64,000 nt of DNA, taken from positions 874 through 64,873 of the forward strand of contig CACJVG010000003.1 of NCBI GenBank assembly GCA_902596785.1, given 5' to 3'. A model generated the notes under the pieces. The model saw only the letters and a list, made by a program, of their open reading frames with translations, ran no database searches and was not told where the DNA came from. Shown piece after piece: positions 19,278 through 29,173 of this stretch. The stretch comes from an uncultured Pelagibacteraceae bacterium. GTDB lineage: Bacteria; Pseudomonadota; Alphaproteobacteria; Pelagibacterales; Pelagibacteraceae. Position numbers and translations under genes: made by a program. Each line of letters starts with the position of its first letter. Position 1 is the stretch's first letter.

Positions 19278-20011
19278 TGCTTAAAATAAATAATTTAAAT
19301 GCAGCGATTGATAATAAGCCTATTTTAAATGGGCTATCCTTAAATATAAATCCTGGTGAGGTTCATGCAATTATGGGCCCTAATGGATCTGGAAAAAGTA
19401 CTTTGTCCAACATTTTGTCAGGAAAAAAAGGCTATGAAGTTTCAGGGGAAGTTCTTTTTGAAGAAAAAGATTTATTTGAACTTGAAACAGAGGAAAGAGC
19501 ACACAAAGGTATATTTTTAGCTTTCCAATATCCTTTAGAAATTCCAGGTGTAAATACAAATATATTTTTAAAAACTTCTTTAAATGCTGTGAGAAAAGCT
19601 AGGGGCGAGAAAGAGCTTGATGCAATTGAATTTCTAAAATTGGTAAAAGAAAAATCCAAAGAATTAAAATTTGATGAAGAAAAATTAAACAGACAGTTAA
19701 ATGTTGGTTTTTCAGGTGGTGAAAAAAAGAAAAATGAAATTTTACAAATGTCATTGTTAGCTCCAAAATTGTCAATTTTAGATGAAACAGATTCTGGTTT
19801 AGATATTGATGCTTTAAAGATTGTTGCAGATGGAGTTAATACATTAAGAGATAAAAACAACTCATTTTTAATTATTACACACTATCAAAGATTACTTGAT
19901 TATATAAAACCTGATTTTGTTCACGTTTTAATGAATGGAAAAATTGTAAAATCTGGTGGTGCAGATTTGGCCCTAGAGCTAGAAAAAAAAGGATATGAAA
20001 ATTTTAATTAA
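19277..20011 (+). CDS. sufC: Fe-S assembly ATPase SufC
   Basis: Likely start is ATG 19277, overlapping the sufB stop (TAATG). GPNGSGKS, FSGGEKK, LDETDSGLD. Confidence 0.96.
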   Translation: MLKINNLNAAIDNKPILNGLSLNINPGEVHAIMGPNGSGKSTLSNILSGKKGYEVSGEVLFEEKDLFELETEERAHKGIFLAFQYPLEIPGVNTNIFLKTSLNAVRKARGEKELDAIEFLKLVKEKSKELKFDEEKLNRQLNVGFSGGEKKKNEILQMSLLAPKLSILDETDSGLDIDALKIVADGVNTLRDKNNSFLIITHYQRLLDYIKPDFVHVLMNGKIVKSGGADLALELEKKGYENFN

Positions 20012-21259
20012 ATGAAAGAACAATTACAAAAAGATTTTGATAATAGTATAAAAAATTTAAGTTTATCTCAAAAAGATATTGAAATAAAAAAATTTTGTTT
20101 AGACAATTTCATAGATAAAGGTTTTCCAAATAGAAAAGAGGAAGATTGGAAATTTTCAGATTTGAATCAAATAATAAAAAATAATATTGGAGAACTAAGT
20201 TTTTATAATGACCAAACATCTACAAATAAAGTTGATACATCTGTATTTGTAGATGGATTAGAGCATAATAAAATAGTTTTTATAAATGGTAGAATTGAAA
20301 AAATTGATTTTGAATATGAAAAAAAAGATCAAATAGAAATAATTGATCAATCAGAGACTATTAATGAATTTAAAAATAGCAATTCATTATCTGACTTAAA
20401 CAATGCCTTTACTAATAAATGTTTTAAAATATTGGTAAAAAAAGGTTATCAGTTAGTAAAACCTTTAATTATCTATCATACAACAAATTCGAAAATTTGG
20501 TCTAAAAACATTAATTTACGACTTAATTTTGAACTAGATAAAGATAGTTCATTAAGATTAATTGATTTGTTTAATGATACATCTGAAAAGAATTTTTTAA
20601 ATATATTTTATAACTTTGAATTAAAAGAAAATGCAGTTTTAAAAAATTATAAAGTAGATAAATTTGAGAATAAAAACATTAAATATTCTTTTAACAATAT
20701 TCATCAAGATAAGAACAGTATTTCCGAAACATTTATTTTATCCTCTGGATCAAATTTTTCTAAAAATGAGATAAATTGTAATTTAAATGGAGTTTATGCA
20801 TCAGCTTTTGTAAATGGTGTTTTTTCATTGAATAATGATAAACATCACGAAATCAGATCAATAATAAATCATCTAACTGAAAATACAAAAAGTTACCAAC
20901 TAATTAAAAGTGTTTTAGATGAAAGTTCTAAAGCAGTATATCAAGGAAAAATATTTGTAAATTCGGATGCCCAGAAAACTGACGGATATCAGTTAAGTAA
21001 AGCAATATTGTTAAATAAAGAGTCCGAGTTTAACGCAAAGCCAGAACTAGAAATTTATGCCGATGATGTTAAATGTTCGCATGGTTCAGCGTCAGGTAGT
21101 TTAAATGAGGATTCTATATTTTATTTAATGTCTAGAGGCCTAAGTTACAAACAATCAAGAGAGCTTTTAATTAATGGATTTCTACTCGATGTTGTTGAAA
21201 AAATTACTGACTCAGAAATAAAAAACTTAATAAAAAATATGATAGGAATTAAAGAATGA
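20012..21259 (+). CDS. sufD: Fe-S assembly protein SufD
   Basis: EDWKFSD, AQKTDGYQ, KPELEIYADDVKCSHG, FYLMSRG. Confidence 0.95.
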   Translation: MKEQLQKDFDNSIKNLSLSQKDIEIKKFCLDNFIDKGFPNRKEEDWKFSDLNQIIKNNIGELSFYNDQTSTNKVDTSVFVDGLEHNKIVFINGRIEKIDFEYEKKDQIEIIDQSETINEFKNSNSLSDLNNAFTNKCFKILVKKGYQLVKPLIIYHTTNSKIWSKNINLRLNFELDKDSSLRLIDLFNDTSEKNFLNIFYNFELKENAVLKNYKVDKFENKNIKYSFNNIHQDKNSISETFILSSGSNFSKNEINCNLNGVYASAFVNGVFSLNNDKHHEIRSIINHLTENTKSYQLIKSVLDESSKAVYQGKIFVNSDAQKTDGYQLSKAILLNKESEFNAKPELEIYADDVKCSHGSASGSLNEDSIFYLMSRGLSYKQSRELLINGFLLDVVEKITDSEIKNLIKNMIGIKE

Positions 21260-22473
21260 ACATTAATCAGATAAAAAAAGAATTTCCAATTTTTGATGAA
21301 AAAATTCAAAATAATGATCTAGTTTATTTAGATAGTGCGAATTCATCTCAAAAACCCAAGATAGTTGTGGATAGAATTAATGAATTTTATACCAAACAAT
21401 TTTCAAATGTTGGTAGAAGTGTTCATTATCTTGCTGTTGCTGCTACTAATTTGTATGAAAATACAAGAACATCTGTTCAAAAATATATTAACGCTAAAGA
21501 TAAAAATGAAATTGTCTTTACAAAAGGTGCTACTGAAGCATTAAATTTAGTTGCTAATACATTGGGTCAAAGCCACTTACAGGAAGGTGATGAAGTATTA
21601 ATTACAGAGCTAGAACATCATTCAAATTATGTACCATGGCATTTCTTGAGGAAATCAAAAAATATAAAAATTAATTTTGCTGAAATAAATGAAGAGGGTG
21701 AAATTACCCTTGAGGAAATAGAAAAAAAAATAACTCCAAAAACAAAATTAATTTCTATTACTCATCTGTCGAATGTAACAGGTGCAATTTTACCCGTAAA
21801 AGAAATTACCCAGCTTGCACATTCAAAAGGAATAATTGTCGTGGTCGATGGATGTCAGGGAGCGCCACATTTAAAATTAGATATGCAAGATTTAGATTGT
21901 GATTTCTATGCAATTTCATGTCACAAAATGTATGGACCTACAGGTTTGGGAGTTCTTTACGGTAAGAAAAAATGGTTAGAAGAATTACCTCCATATCAAG
22001 GTGGCGGAGGAATGATAAATGAAGTTAAAAAAGATAGAATTTCCTATGGTGAATTGCCAAACAAATACGAGGCAGGAACTATGGCCACAGCACAAGTAAT
22101 TGCTTTTGACCAATCAATAAAATTTTTAGAAAGCATTGGCATAGAAAATGTTATGAAACATGAAGCAGATCTAGTTGAATATGGACAAGAGTTATTACAA
22201 AAAAATAACTCAGTTAAACTTATTGGAAATCCAAAAAATAAAGGAGGGGTTTTATCATTCACTATAGAAGGAGTTCACCCTCATGATATTGCAACCATCT
22301 TGGATGAAGACGGGGTTGCAATAAGAGCAGGACATCATTGTTGTCAAATTCTTCATGACAAATTAAATATTCCAGCTAGTGCTAGAGCATCAGTTGGTAT
22401 TTATAATACAAAAGAAGATTTAGATCAGCTAAACCAGTCAATAAACAACTGTAAAAAAATATTTAATTTATAA
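21256..22473 (+). CDS. sufS: Cysteine desulfurase SufS
   Basis: YLDSA..QKP, EHHSN, SCHKMYGPTG, RAGHHC. Confidence 0.95.
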   Translation: MNINQIKKEFPIFDEKIQNNDLVYLDSANSSQKPKIVVDRINEFYTKQFSNVGRSVHYLAVAATNLYENTRTSVQKYINAKDKNEIVFTKGATEALNLVANTLGQSHLQEGDEVLITELEHHSNYVPWHFLRKSKNIKINFAEINEEGEITLEEIEKKITPKTKLISITHLSNVTGAILPVKEITQLAHSKGIIVVVDGCQGAPHLKLDMQDLDCDFYAISCHKMYGPTGLGVLYGKKKWLEELPPYQGGGGMINEVKKDRISYGELPNKYEAGTMATAQVIAFDQSIKFLESIGIENVMKHEADLVEYGQELLQKNNSVKLIGNPKNKGGVLSFTIEGVHPHDIATILDEDGVAIRAGHHCCQILHDKLNIPASARASVGIYNTKEDLDQLNQSINNCKKIFNL

Positions 22474-22937
22474 TGAATTTAAAAGAGCTATATCAAGAAA
22501 TTATATTAGAACACGGCAAGAATCCTAGAAATCTTAGAAAGACAGAAGGTTTTAATAAAGACGCCAAAGGTAATAACCCTCTTTGCGGTGATAACGTTCA
22601 TGTTTATTTAAAACTAAATGGACAAAAAATTGTAGAAGATGCATCTTTTGAAGGGAGTGGTTGTGCTATTTCAATGGCTTCAGCCTCTATAATGACAGAT
22701 TTGATTAAAGGAAAAAATGAACATGAGGCTAAAGAGATAGTTAAGGATTTTTTAGGCATGATTAAAGAAAATCCTGAATTAAAATCAGAGTATTTAAGCG
22801 AAGATGAAAAAACTAAACTAATGTGTTTATCTGGTGTTAAGCAATATCCAATGAGAGTTAAATGTGCAACTTTATCTTGGCATACAATGGTTTCCGCTTT
22901 TGATGAAAAAACAGAAGAAGTAAAAACAGAGAATTAA
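22473..22937 (+). CDS. sufU: SufU (NifU/IscU-like) protein
   Basis: LYQEIILEH, NPLCGD, GCAISMAS, RVKCATL. Confidence 0.9.
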   Translation: MNLKELYQEIILEHGKNPRNLRKTEGFNKDAKGNNPLCGDNVHVYLKLNGQKIVEDASFEGSGCAISMASASIMTDLIKGKNEHEAKEIVKDFLGMIKENPELKSEYLSEDEKTKLMCLSGVKQYPMRVKCATLSWHTMVSAFDEKTEEVKTEN

Positions 22938-22940
22938 ATT

Positions 22941-23240
22941 ATGACAAAAAAAGATGAAATAATTGAGGAAATAAGAAAAATTTATGACCCTGAGTTACCT
23001 GTAAATATCTACGAATTAGGTTTGATTTATGATATTAAAGTAAAAGATGAAAAGTTTGCTATTATCAAAATGACACTAACAACTCCAAACTGTCCAGTTG
23101 CAGAAAGTTTACCAAAAGAAGTTAAAGAGGGCGCAATGCAAGTCGAAGGTATTGAGGATGTTGATCTTGAGTTAGTTTGGGATCCACCCTGGAATAAAGA
23201 TATGATGTCAGAAGCAGCAAAATTGGAATTGAATTTGTAA
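22941..23240 (+). CDS. sufT: DUF59/SufT Fe-S maturation protein
   Basis: YDPELPVNIYELGLIY, MTLTTPNCP, LVWDPPW. Confidence 0.88.
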   Translation: MTKKDEIIEEIRKIYDPELPVNIYELGLIYDIKVKDEKFAIIKMTLTTPNCPVAESLPKEVKEGAMQVEGIEDVDLELVWDPPWNKDMMSEAAKLELNL

Positions 23241-23575
23241 TGAACCCGATAATTAAATTAAGTGATAACGCAGCTTTAAGAATAAAAGAGATAATGTCTA
23301 ATGCTGAAAAAGATTCTATTGGTGTTAGAGTATCAGTGAAATCAGGTGGTTGTGCGGGGATGTCTTATGTAATGGAGTATACAAAAGAGTTAAATCCTAA
23401 CGATGAAGTTATTGAGGATAAGGGTGTGAAAGTATTCGTTGACTCAGCTGCTATTATGTATCTGCTTGGCACTGAAATGGATTATAAAAAGGAGGAATTG
23501 TCCTCGTCATTTGTGTTCAATAATCCTAATGAAACTGAGCGTTGTGGCTGCGGAGAGTCCTTTAAAATATCATAA
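23240..23575 (+). CDS. sufA: A-type Fe-S carrier (SufA/HesB)
   Basis: GGCAGMSY, FVFNNPN..CGCGESF. Confidence 0.9.
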   Translation: MNPIIKLSDNAALRIKEIMSNAEKDSIGVRVSVKSGGCAGMSYVMEYTKELNPNDEVIEDKGVKVFVDSAAIMYLLGTEMDYKKEELSSSFVFNNPNETERCGCGESFKIS

Positions 23576-23641
23576 GTTGTATTATCCCATTAATTGCATA
23601 TCTGTATTGCATTATATGCATATCTAATGTATAGATTCTAT

Positions 23642-23812
23642 ATGAACAAATTTGAGTTTAAAAATCTTGTTAAAAACTTAAAAGACTCTTTAAAGGAAAA
23701 AACATTCTTTAAAGAACTGCGTAAAGAAGTTGAAACCGGTGCTAACGGCACACAAGATTACGTAGTCAAAAAAGGTGTTAACAAAGATACAATTGCAACA
23801 ACTAGACAGTAA
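23642..23812 (+). CDS. Small hypothetical protein (56 aa)
   Basis: ATG 23642 gives MNKFEFKNLVKNLKDSLKEKTFFKELRKEVETGANGTQDYVVKKGVNKDTIATTRQ and fills the gap between sufA and glnA. Confidence 0.6.
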   Translation: MNKFEFKNLVKNLKDSLKEKTFFKELRKEVETGANGTQDYVVKKGVNKDTIATTRQ

Positions 23813-23821
23813 TAAAGTTTA

Positions 23822-25228
23822 TTAGCTACTGTAATACATCTCAAACTCTACAGGATGAGGTGCATGTTCAAATTTGTGTATCTCTTCAAACTTAAGAGCA
23901 ATGTATGCATCAATCTGATCATCAGTAAAGACACCGCCTTGAGTTAAAAACTCTCTGTCTTTATCTAAACTTTCCATCGCTTCTCTTAAAGAACCACAAA
24001 CTGTCGGGATAGCTTTAACTTCTTCAGGTGGTAATTCATATAAATCTTTATCAAAAGACTCACCAGGATGAATTTTATTTTTAATCCCATCAATTCCAGC
24101 CATCAACATAGCTGCAAAAGTTAAATATGGGTTTCCAGCAGCATCTGGAAATCTAATTTCACATCTTGCACCTTTTTTACTTAAAGTAATAGGTATTCTG
24201 CAAGAAGCAGATCTATTTCTTGCTGAATATGCAAGAAGAACCGGTGCTTCAAAGCCTGGAATTAATCTTTTGTAACTGTTTGTTGTAGAGTTAGCAAAAG
24301 CATTAATTGCTTTAGCGTGTTTTAGAATTCCACCAATATAATGTAATGCGGTTTCACTTAATCCAGAATACGCATCACCTGAAAACACCGGAGTATCACC
24401 TTTCCAAATGGATTGATGGATGTGCATACCTGAACCATTGTCACCAGCAACCGGCTTTGGCATAAATGTTGCAGTTTTTCCAAATGAATGTGTAACCATT
24501 TGCACAACATATTTGTATAACTGAACGTTATCTGCTTGATTAACTAAAGTTCCAAAATACATTCCAAGTTCGTGCTGACTAGGAGCTACTTCATGGTGAT
24601 GCTTTTCAACTTTAATACCAACTTCTTTTAAATTTTTAAGATATTCACCACGCATGTCTTGTTCACTATCAACTGGTGGTACTGGGAAATATCCTCCTTT
24701 AATTTGAGGTCTGTGTCCCATGTTTCCATTTTCATATTCTTTTCCTGAGTTGTAAGGACCTTCTTTACTATCTAATTTAAATCCGCACTCATTCATATCA
24801 TTTTTGATTCTTACATCGTCAAAAACAAAAAATTCTGGCTCAGGTCCAAAAAAAGCTTTATCACCTATACCTGAAGCTTTTAAATATTCCTCAGCTTTTT
24901 TAGCAACACCTCTAGGATCTCTTTCATAAGGGTTTTTTTTAATTGCATCTAGAATGTCACAAAACAAAACCACAGTATTATGAGACGTAAAAGGATCCAT
25001 GAACATTCTTGCAGTATCAGGTTTTAAAATCATGTCAGACTCATTAATTGCTTTCCAACCAGCAATAGACGAACCATCAAAAAAGACACCTTCATTCAAC
25101 ATACCTTCATCAACTATTGAAGCATCCATTGTTAAGTGTTGAAGTTTTCCCCTTGGATCAGTGAATCTTAGATCCACAAATTCTGCTTCTTTTTCTTTGA
25201 TAAATTTTAATACGTTTGCTGCACTCAT
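23822..25228 (-). CDS. glnA: Glutamine synthetase type I
   Basis: [48 protein letters not shown]. Confidence 0.98.
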   Translation of the reverse strand: MSAANVLKFIKEKEAEFVDLRFTDPRGKLQHLTMDASIVDEGMLNEGVFFDGSSIAGWKAINESDMILKPDTARMFMDPFTSHNTVVLFCDILDAIKKNPYERDPRGVAKKAEEYLKASGIGDKAFFGPEPEFFVFDDVRIKNDMNECGFKLDSKEGPYNSGKEYENGNMGHRPQIKGGYFPVPPVDSEQDMRGEYLKNLKEVGIKVEKHHHEVAPSQHELGMYFGTLVNQADNVQLYKYVVQMVTHSFGKTATFMPKPVAGDNGSGMHIHQSIWKGDTPVFSGDAYSGLSETALHYIGGILKHAKAINAFANSTTNSYKRLIPGFEAPVLLAYSARNRSASCRIPITLSKKGARCEIRFPDAAGNPYLTFAAMLMAGIDGIKNKIHPGESFDKDLYELPPEEVKAIPTVCGSLREAMESLDKDREFLTQGGVFTDDQIDAYIALKFEEIHKFEHAPHPVEFEMYYSS

Positions 25229-25365
25229 TTTGTCTCCTATGTAATTTTGTTTGGCCTAATTAGCAAAAAAATACTTAAAAATATTGCTTATTTAATAAAT
25301 AACACCTATGCAATTTTCACATAAGTAGTGTAATTAGTCACTAAAATAATAAATATATTTAACTT

Positions 25366-25848
25366 GTGAATTCAATATTAAATAAAGAGCCAGTTTTAAG
25401 AGCAGAAAAATCGCTAAAACAATTTAACCCAGATCTTAAAGTGATTGTTTTAGAGCAAACTGCCAGAACAGCTAACGATGCAGCCACAGCTTTAGGTTGT
25501 AAAGTAGGAGCCATTGTCAAAAGCTTACTTTTTAAAGCAGGGGATAGTTATGTTTTATGTTTAGTTTCTGGAGATAAAAGGTGTTCATTAAATAAATTAA
25601 AAAAAATTTTAGATCAAAAAGATGTTTCGATGGCGAACCCAGAAGATGTTAAAAAAATTACTGGATATACAATTGGTGGAGTATCTCCAACTGGACATTT
25701 AACAAAAATAAAAATTTTTATTGATGAAACTTTAAATAGATTTTCTACTATTTTTGCAGCCGCAGGTCATCCTAATGCAGTATTCGAAATAAATTTTGAA
25801 AATTTAATTGCCTTAACCTCTGGTGAGATAAACGAAATAACAGAATGA
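25366..25848 (+). CDS. YbaK/EbsC aminoacyl-tRNA editing domain protein
   Basis: TANDAA..IVKSL, TGYTIGGVSP, AAAG. Confidence 0.88.
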   Translation: MNSILNKEPVLRAEKSLKQFNPDLKVIVLEQTARTANDAATALGCKVGAIVKSLLFKAGDSYVLCLVSGDKRCSLNKLKKILDQKDVSMANPEDVKKITGYTIGGVSPTGHLTKIKIFIDETLNRFSTIFAAAGHPNAVFEINFENLIALTSGEINEITE

Positions 25849-26732
25849 GAAAACCACAATTAGTTGATTATTTGTTGTTGACATTGTTGTCATTAATATG
25901 GGCGTCTGCTTTTTTTAATATTAAGATTGCGACATATTCATTTGGACCTATTACAATAGGTTTTTTAAGATCTTTTTTGGGAGCTATACCAGTTTTAATC
26001 TTATGTTTTTATAAAAATATAAAAATTGAAGCATTCTCAAAAGACTGGAAGTGGTTTGCAATCATTGGATTGGTAAATTTAGTTATTCCATTCATACTAA
26101 TATCTTATGGAGTGAATTTTGTTCAAAGTAACTTAGCAGCTATCTTGATGTCCACAACACCATTAAGCTCAACAGTTCTAGCTCACTTTTTTTTAAAAGG
26201 AGAAAAATTTAACTTGTTAAAAACTATTGGATTATTAATAGGATTTTCAGGAATAGTATTTTTGTTTTCAGATGACTTTTTAATTAATGAAAATAATTTT
26301 GTTGCTGCACTTTTAATTCTACTTGGATCAACTTGCTATGTAATTGGAGGAGTAATAACCTTAAAAATAAGCAATAAAGAAAATGAAAATGTTACAGGTT
26401 CAATTTTAATTTGGTCTACAATCATACTTCTTCCATTCACTTTAATTTTTGAAAAACCTTGGATGTTAAATCCTTCAACAGACTCTATTATATCAGTAAT
26501 ATATTTAGGAATTTTTCCTACCGGTATAGCATGGTTATTGAGATTCAGAATTTTAAAAACAAATGGTCTCATATTTCATTCACAGGTTTCATATATCATT
26601 CCAATATTTGGAATTATTTTAGGATACATATTTCTTAATGAAATAATTACCTCAAAAATTATTGTTGCATTAATTGCTGTATTTATTGGAATATATTTAG
26701 CAAGAAAAGCAGATTATAAAAACGTTACTTAA
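25845..26732 (+). CDS. DMT/EamA family transporter
   Basis: About 10 hydrophobic segments in two EamA-like halves (LIWASAF, AAILMSTTP). Confidence 0.88.
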   Translation: MRKPQLVDYLLLTLLSLIWASAFFNIKIATYSFGPITIGFLRSFLGAIPVLILCFYKNIKIEAFSKDWKWFAIIGLVNLVIPFILISYGVNFVQSNLAAILMSTTPLSSTVLAHFFLKGEKFNLLKTIGLLIGFSGIVFLFSDDFLINENNFVAALLILLGSTCYVIGGVITLKISNKENENVTGSILIWSTIILLPFTLIFEKPWMLNPSTDSIISVIYLGIFPTGIAWLLRFRILKTNGLIFHSQVSYIIPIFGIILGYIFLNEIITSKIIVALIAVFIGIYLARKADYKNVT

Positions 26733-27627
26733 GCTTTGCCATTGCTTTTATGTGAGCAGGACTAGTTTCACAACAACCTCCAATAATTGTTGCTCCATTT
26801 TCTTTAAATTTTTTTGCAATTTCATGAAATTTATCTGGTGTAAGATCATGTCTTTTTCCTAAAAACTCATTTGGATTTCCCTTAGTTTTTAAATAATTAG
26901 CTGTGTATCCGTTTTTTGGTTTAGTGGTCATAAATCCATTTAATTTAAATCCAAATGGTACGTTTAATTTTTTGATTTCTTCAAGATTGTGCTCATAATT
27001 TTCAGGTGAAATACAAGACAACATAACGCCTAAAAGATTTCCATCAATAACACTTTTAATATCTGAAATTTTTTCACCACTAGGTAACTTTGTACCTTCT
27101 GAAATATGAATTCCTATTAAATAAGGTTTTTTGAATTCTTTAATTGCCTCAATACCACATTTAAACTCTCTAATGCTGCTCCAAACATCAAAGTAATAAA
27201 AATCTACATATTCATTTAATAATCTAGCCTGTTCATTAAAGTCTTTAGTGATTTCAACCTCACTTCTTATATCCTCTTCATAAGTAAAACGTTGAGGTGG
27301 CAAACCTCCAGCAATCATTATATTTGGATATTCATTTTTCACTTTTAAAGCAATTTCTCCTGCTTTTTTATTAAGATATTCAAATTTATCTTCAATATTG
27401 TTTTCACTTAGCCTTTTTCTTCTTGTGGTAAAAGTTGTTGTAACAATTACTTCTGCCCCAGCTTTTACAAAATCTTTGTGAGTACTCTCTACCAATTCAT
27501 GATATTCAGAATTTAGTATCGCATTAGCACTCCATAAAGTTCCATTTGGCTTCATGCCTCGAGCCAAAAGCTCTTGACCCATTCCACCATCCAATATTCT
27601 CGTCTCTTTAAAAAAATTAATATCCAT
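26725..27627 (-). CDS. Homocysteine S-methyltransferase family (BhmT/MmuM-like)
   Basis: ILDGGMGQEL, LWSA, Zn ligands SC and GGCC; SAM riboswitches upstream. Confidence 0.9.
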   Translation of the reverse strand: MDINFFKETRILDGGMGQELLARGMKPNGTLWSANAILNSEYHELVESTHKDFVKAGAEVIVTTTFTTRRKRLSENNIEDKFEYLNKKAGEIALKVKNEYPNIMIAGGLPPQRFTYEEDIRSEVEITKDFNEQARLLNEYVDFYYFDVWSSIREFKCGIEAIKEFKKPYLIGIHISEGTKLPSGEKISDIKSVIDGNLLGVMLSCISPENYEHNLEEIKKLNVPFGFKLNGFMTTKPKNGYTANYLKTKGNPNEFLGKRHDLTPDKFHEIAKKFKENGATIIGGCCETSPAHIKAMAKLK

Positions 27628-27632
27628 TGTGT

Positions 27633-27690
27633 CCTCACTTTTTTAGTGCTTTAGCTTTATGCTAGGTGCACAATACAGTTCAACTACCTT
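27633..27690 (-). ncRNA. SAM-V riboswitch
   Basis: Minus strand AAGGTAGTTGAACTGTATTGTGCACCTAGCATAAAGCTAAAGCACTAAAAAAGTGAGG has the SAM-V elements (AGG/CCT P1, TTGAACTG..TTGT, ..ACTAAAA) and ends at the SD. Confidence 0.85.
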
Positions 27691-27710
27691 GCTTATTTGA
27701 TTATTTTGGG

Positions 27711-27756
27711 ATTTCCATTTTAGCAGTTTATGCCCGCAATAGGATCAAATCGGCAA
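27711..27756 (-). ncRNA. SAM-II riboswitch (upstream member of tandem)
   Basis: Minus strand TTGCCGATTTGATCCTATTGCGGGCATAAACTGCTAAAATGGAAAT has the SAM-II elements GATTT, TTGC, ATAAA and GCTAAA, with a GCC/GGC P1. Confidence 0.82.
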
Positions 27757-27789
27757 TTATCTTTTAATTGATAAATGAATGTTTGTAAA

Positions 27790-28380
27790 CTATTTATCTA
27801 AAATAATTTTAGCATTAAAAGAAAAAGATCTTCTTTCAGCATTAATATTAAATGGATATGCAGTATGCATCAAATAGTTTGGAAAAATTATCAAGTCTCT
27901 TTCTTTAGGCACAATATTAAAAATACTTCTGCTTAAAAAACCCCTTTGTCCGTTTATAAAATCAATTGTGCCATTAGTCTTATTTTTTTTATTTTTTAAA
28001 AGTTTATTTTTAGTCATATTTTTTGGGACTTTTAAATAACCCACACCAGATATATCTCCATCATGATAATGAATAGGGTTATATTCATCTTTAAATTGAC
28101 TAACTACCCATAAATTTAATATTTTTATATTTTTAACTTTTTTAATTTTTTCATTTTTAAGAAAATCTTTGATATTTTTTTTTATTTCTCTCTCTAAATT
28201 CTTTTTTATAAAATTATTTGAAATTTTAATTTCTTTTTTAATTTGACTAGCTAGTTTAGAGCTATAATCGTTATTTTTTGTTAAAACTTTATTATCAATC
28301 TCTTTGTTCAAGATATTTAAAAATTTCTTTGAAATTTTTGTTTTTCCTATTGATGGGCCAAAAGGCTTAATATTTTTCAT
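27790..28380 (-). CDS. Putative 2OG-Fe(II) oxygenase (TIGR02466-like)
   Basis: PFGP, WVVSQ..EYNPIHYH, SGVGYLKVP, IFPNYLMH.AYPF, RRSFSFN. Confidence 0.7.
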   Translation of the reverse strand: MKNIKPFGPSIGKTKISKKFLNILNKEIDNKVLTKNNDYSSKLASQIKKEIKISNNFIKKNLEREIKKNIKDFLKNEKIKKVKNIKILNLWVVSQFKDEYNPIHYHDGDISGVGYLKVPKNMTKNKLLKNKKNKTNGTIDFINGQRGFLSRSIFNIVPKERDLIIFPNYLMHTAYPFNINAERRSFSFNAKIILDK

Positions 28381-28417
28381 AATACCCTAAATATCTTAAA
28401 AGCAAATTTATTCAATA

Positions 28418-29164
28418 TTAAGCTATAAGTTTAATTCCCATTCTTATTGCGACAAAAATTACAAGAAAAGAAGTTATTAGAGCTAATATTTTGTTCGAAA
28501 AAAATTTAATGTTTAATATGCTACCAATTTGTCCTCCAATAAGTACCGATAAAAATAATGGCCAATAAGCAATAACTTGATTTAAAACCTGATCTTTTGT
28601 CAGCTGTCCAGCTATTCCAAAAATAGAATTGATTAATATAAATAAAGATGCACTACTGGTAATATGTTTAGGGTATCCAGCTTTCATTAAAAATAGAAGA
28701 GGGCTTAAAAAAATTCCTCCTCCAATTCCCACAATACCTGACATAAAGCCAATTATTGATCCAATAGAAATTGAGATTAATCTTGGTATTTTGTTAATTT
28801 TAATTTTCTCTTTATTAAAATCTTTACTCTCAATTAGTAAAAAAATGCCTGCAACTGACAAAATACAAAATAATAAAATCTCAAATAAACTTTTTTCAAT
28901 TGATATTGATCCTCCAATAAATGCAAAAGGAATAGAGCCAATTAAATAAGGAAAAAGTAAATTAATGTTTATATTTTTAGATCTTATAAAATTGATAGAA
29001 TTACCAGATACAACAATTATATTACATACAAGAGCTATAACTGGAAATATTGTGTAAGGTATTCCCCAAATTAAAAGTATTGCAAGATATGTTGAGCCTC
29101 CGCCAAAACCAACACTTGAGTATATTAATGCAGTTACAAAGAAAAGAATTGATAATATAATCAT
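28418..29164 (-). CDS. TauE/SafE (TSUP) family permease
   Basis: YSSVGFGGGS and SGIVGIGGGIFLSP repeats; hydrophobic throughout. Confidence 0.88.
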   Translation of the reverse strand: MIILSILFFVTALIYSSVGFGGGSTYLAILLIWGIPYTIFPVIALVCNIIVVSGNSINFIRSKNININLLFPYLIGSIPFAFIGGSISIEKSLFEILLFCILSVAGIFLLIESKDFNKEKIKINKIPRLISISIGSIIGFMSGIVGIGGGIFLSPLLFLMKAGYPKHITSSASLFILINSIFGIAGQLTKDQVLNQVIAYWPLFLSVLIGGQIGSILNIKFFSNKILALITSFLVIFVAIRMGIKLIA

Positions 29165-29173
29165 TTTTAAATT

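Noticed and set aside
19432-19860. 142-aa antisense ORF within sufC (similarly 35834-36163 and 55959-56342)
   Set aside because: These lie in the offset antisense frame where stops are naturally rare, unlike the codon-aligned Sel1 case, and have no protein features.
23439-23641. ORF 23439-23627 and the TTG-started extension of the small protein from 23594
   Set aside because: The first overlaps sufA in another frame; the extension runs through the likely promoter.
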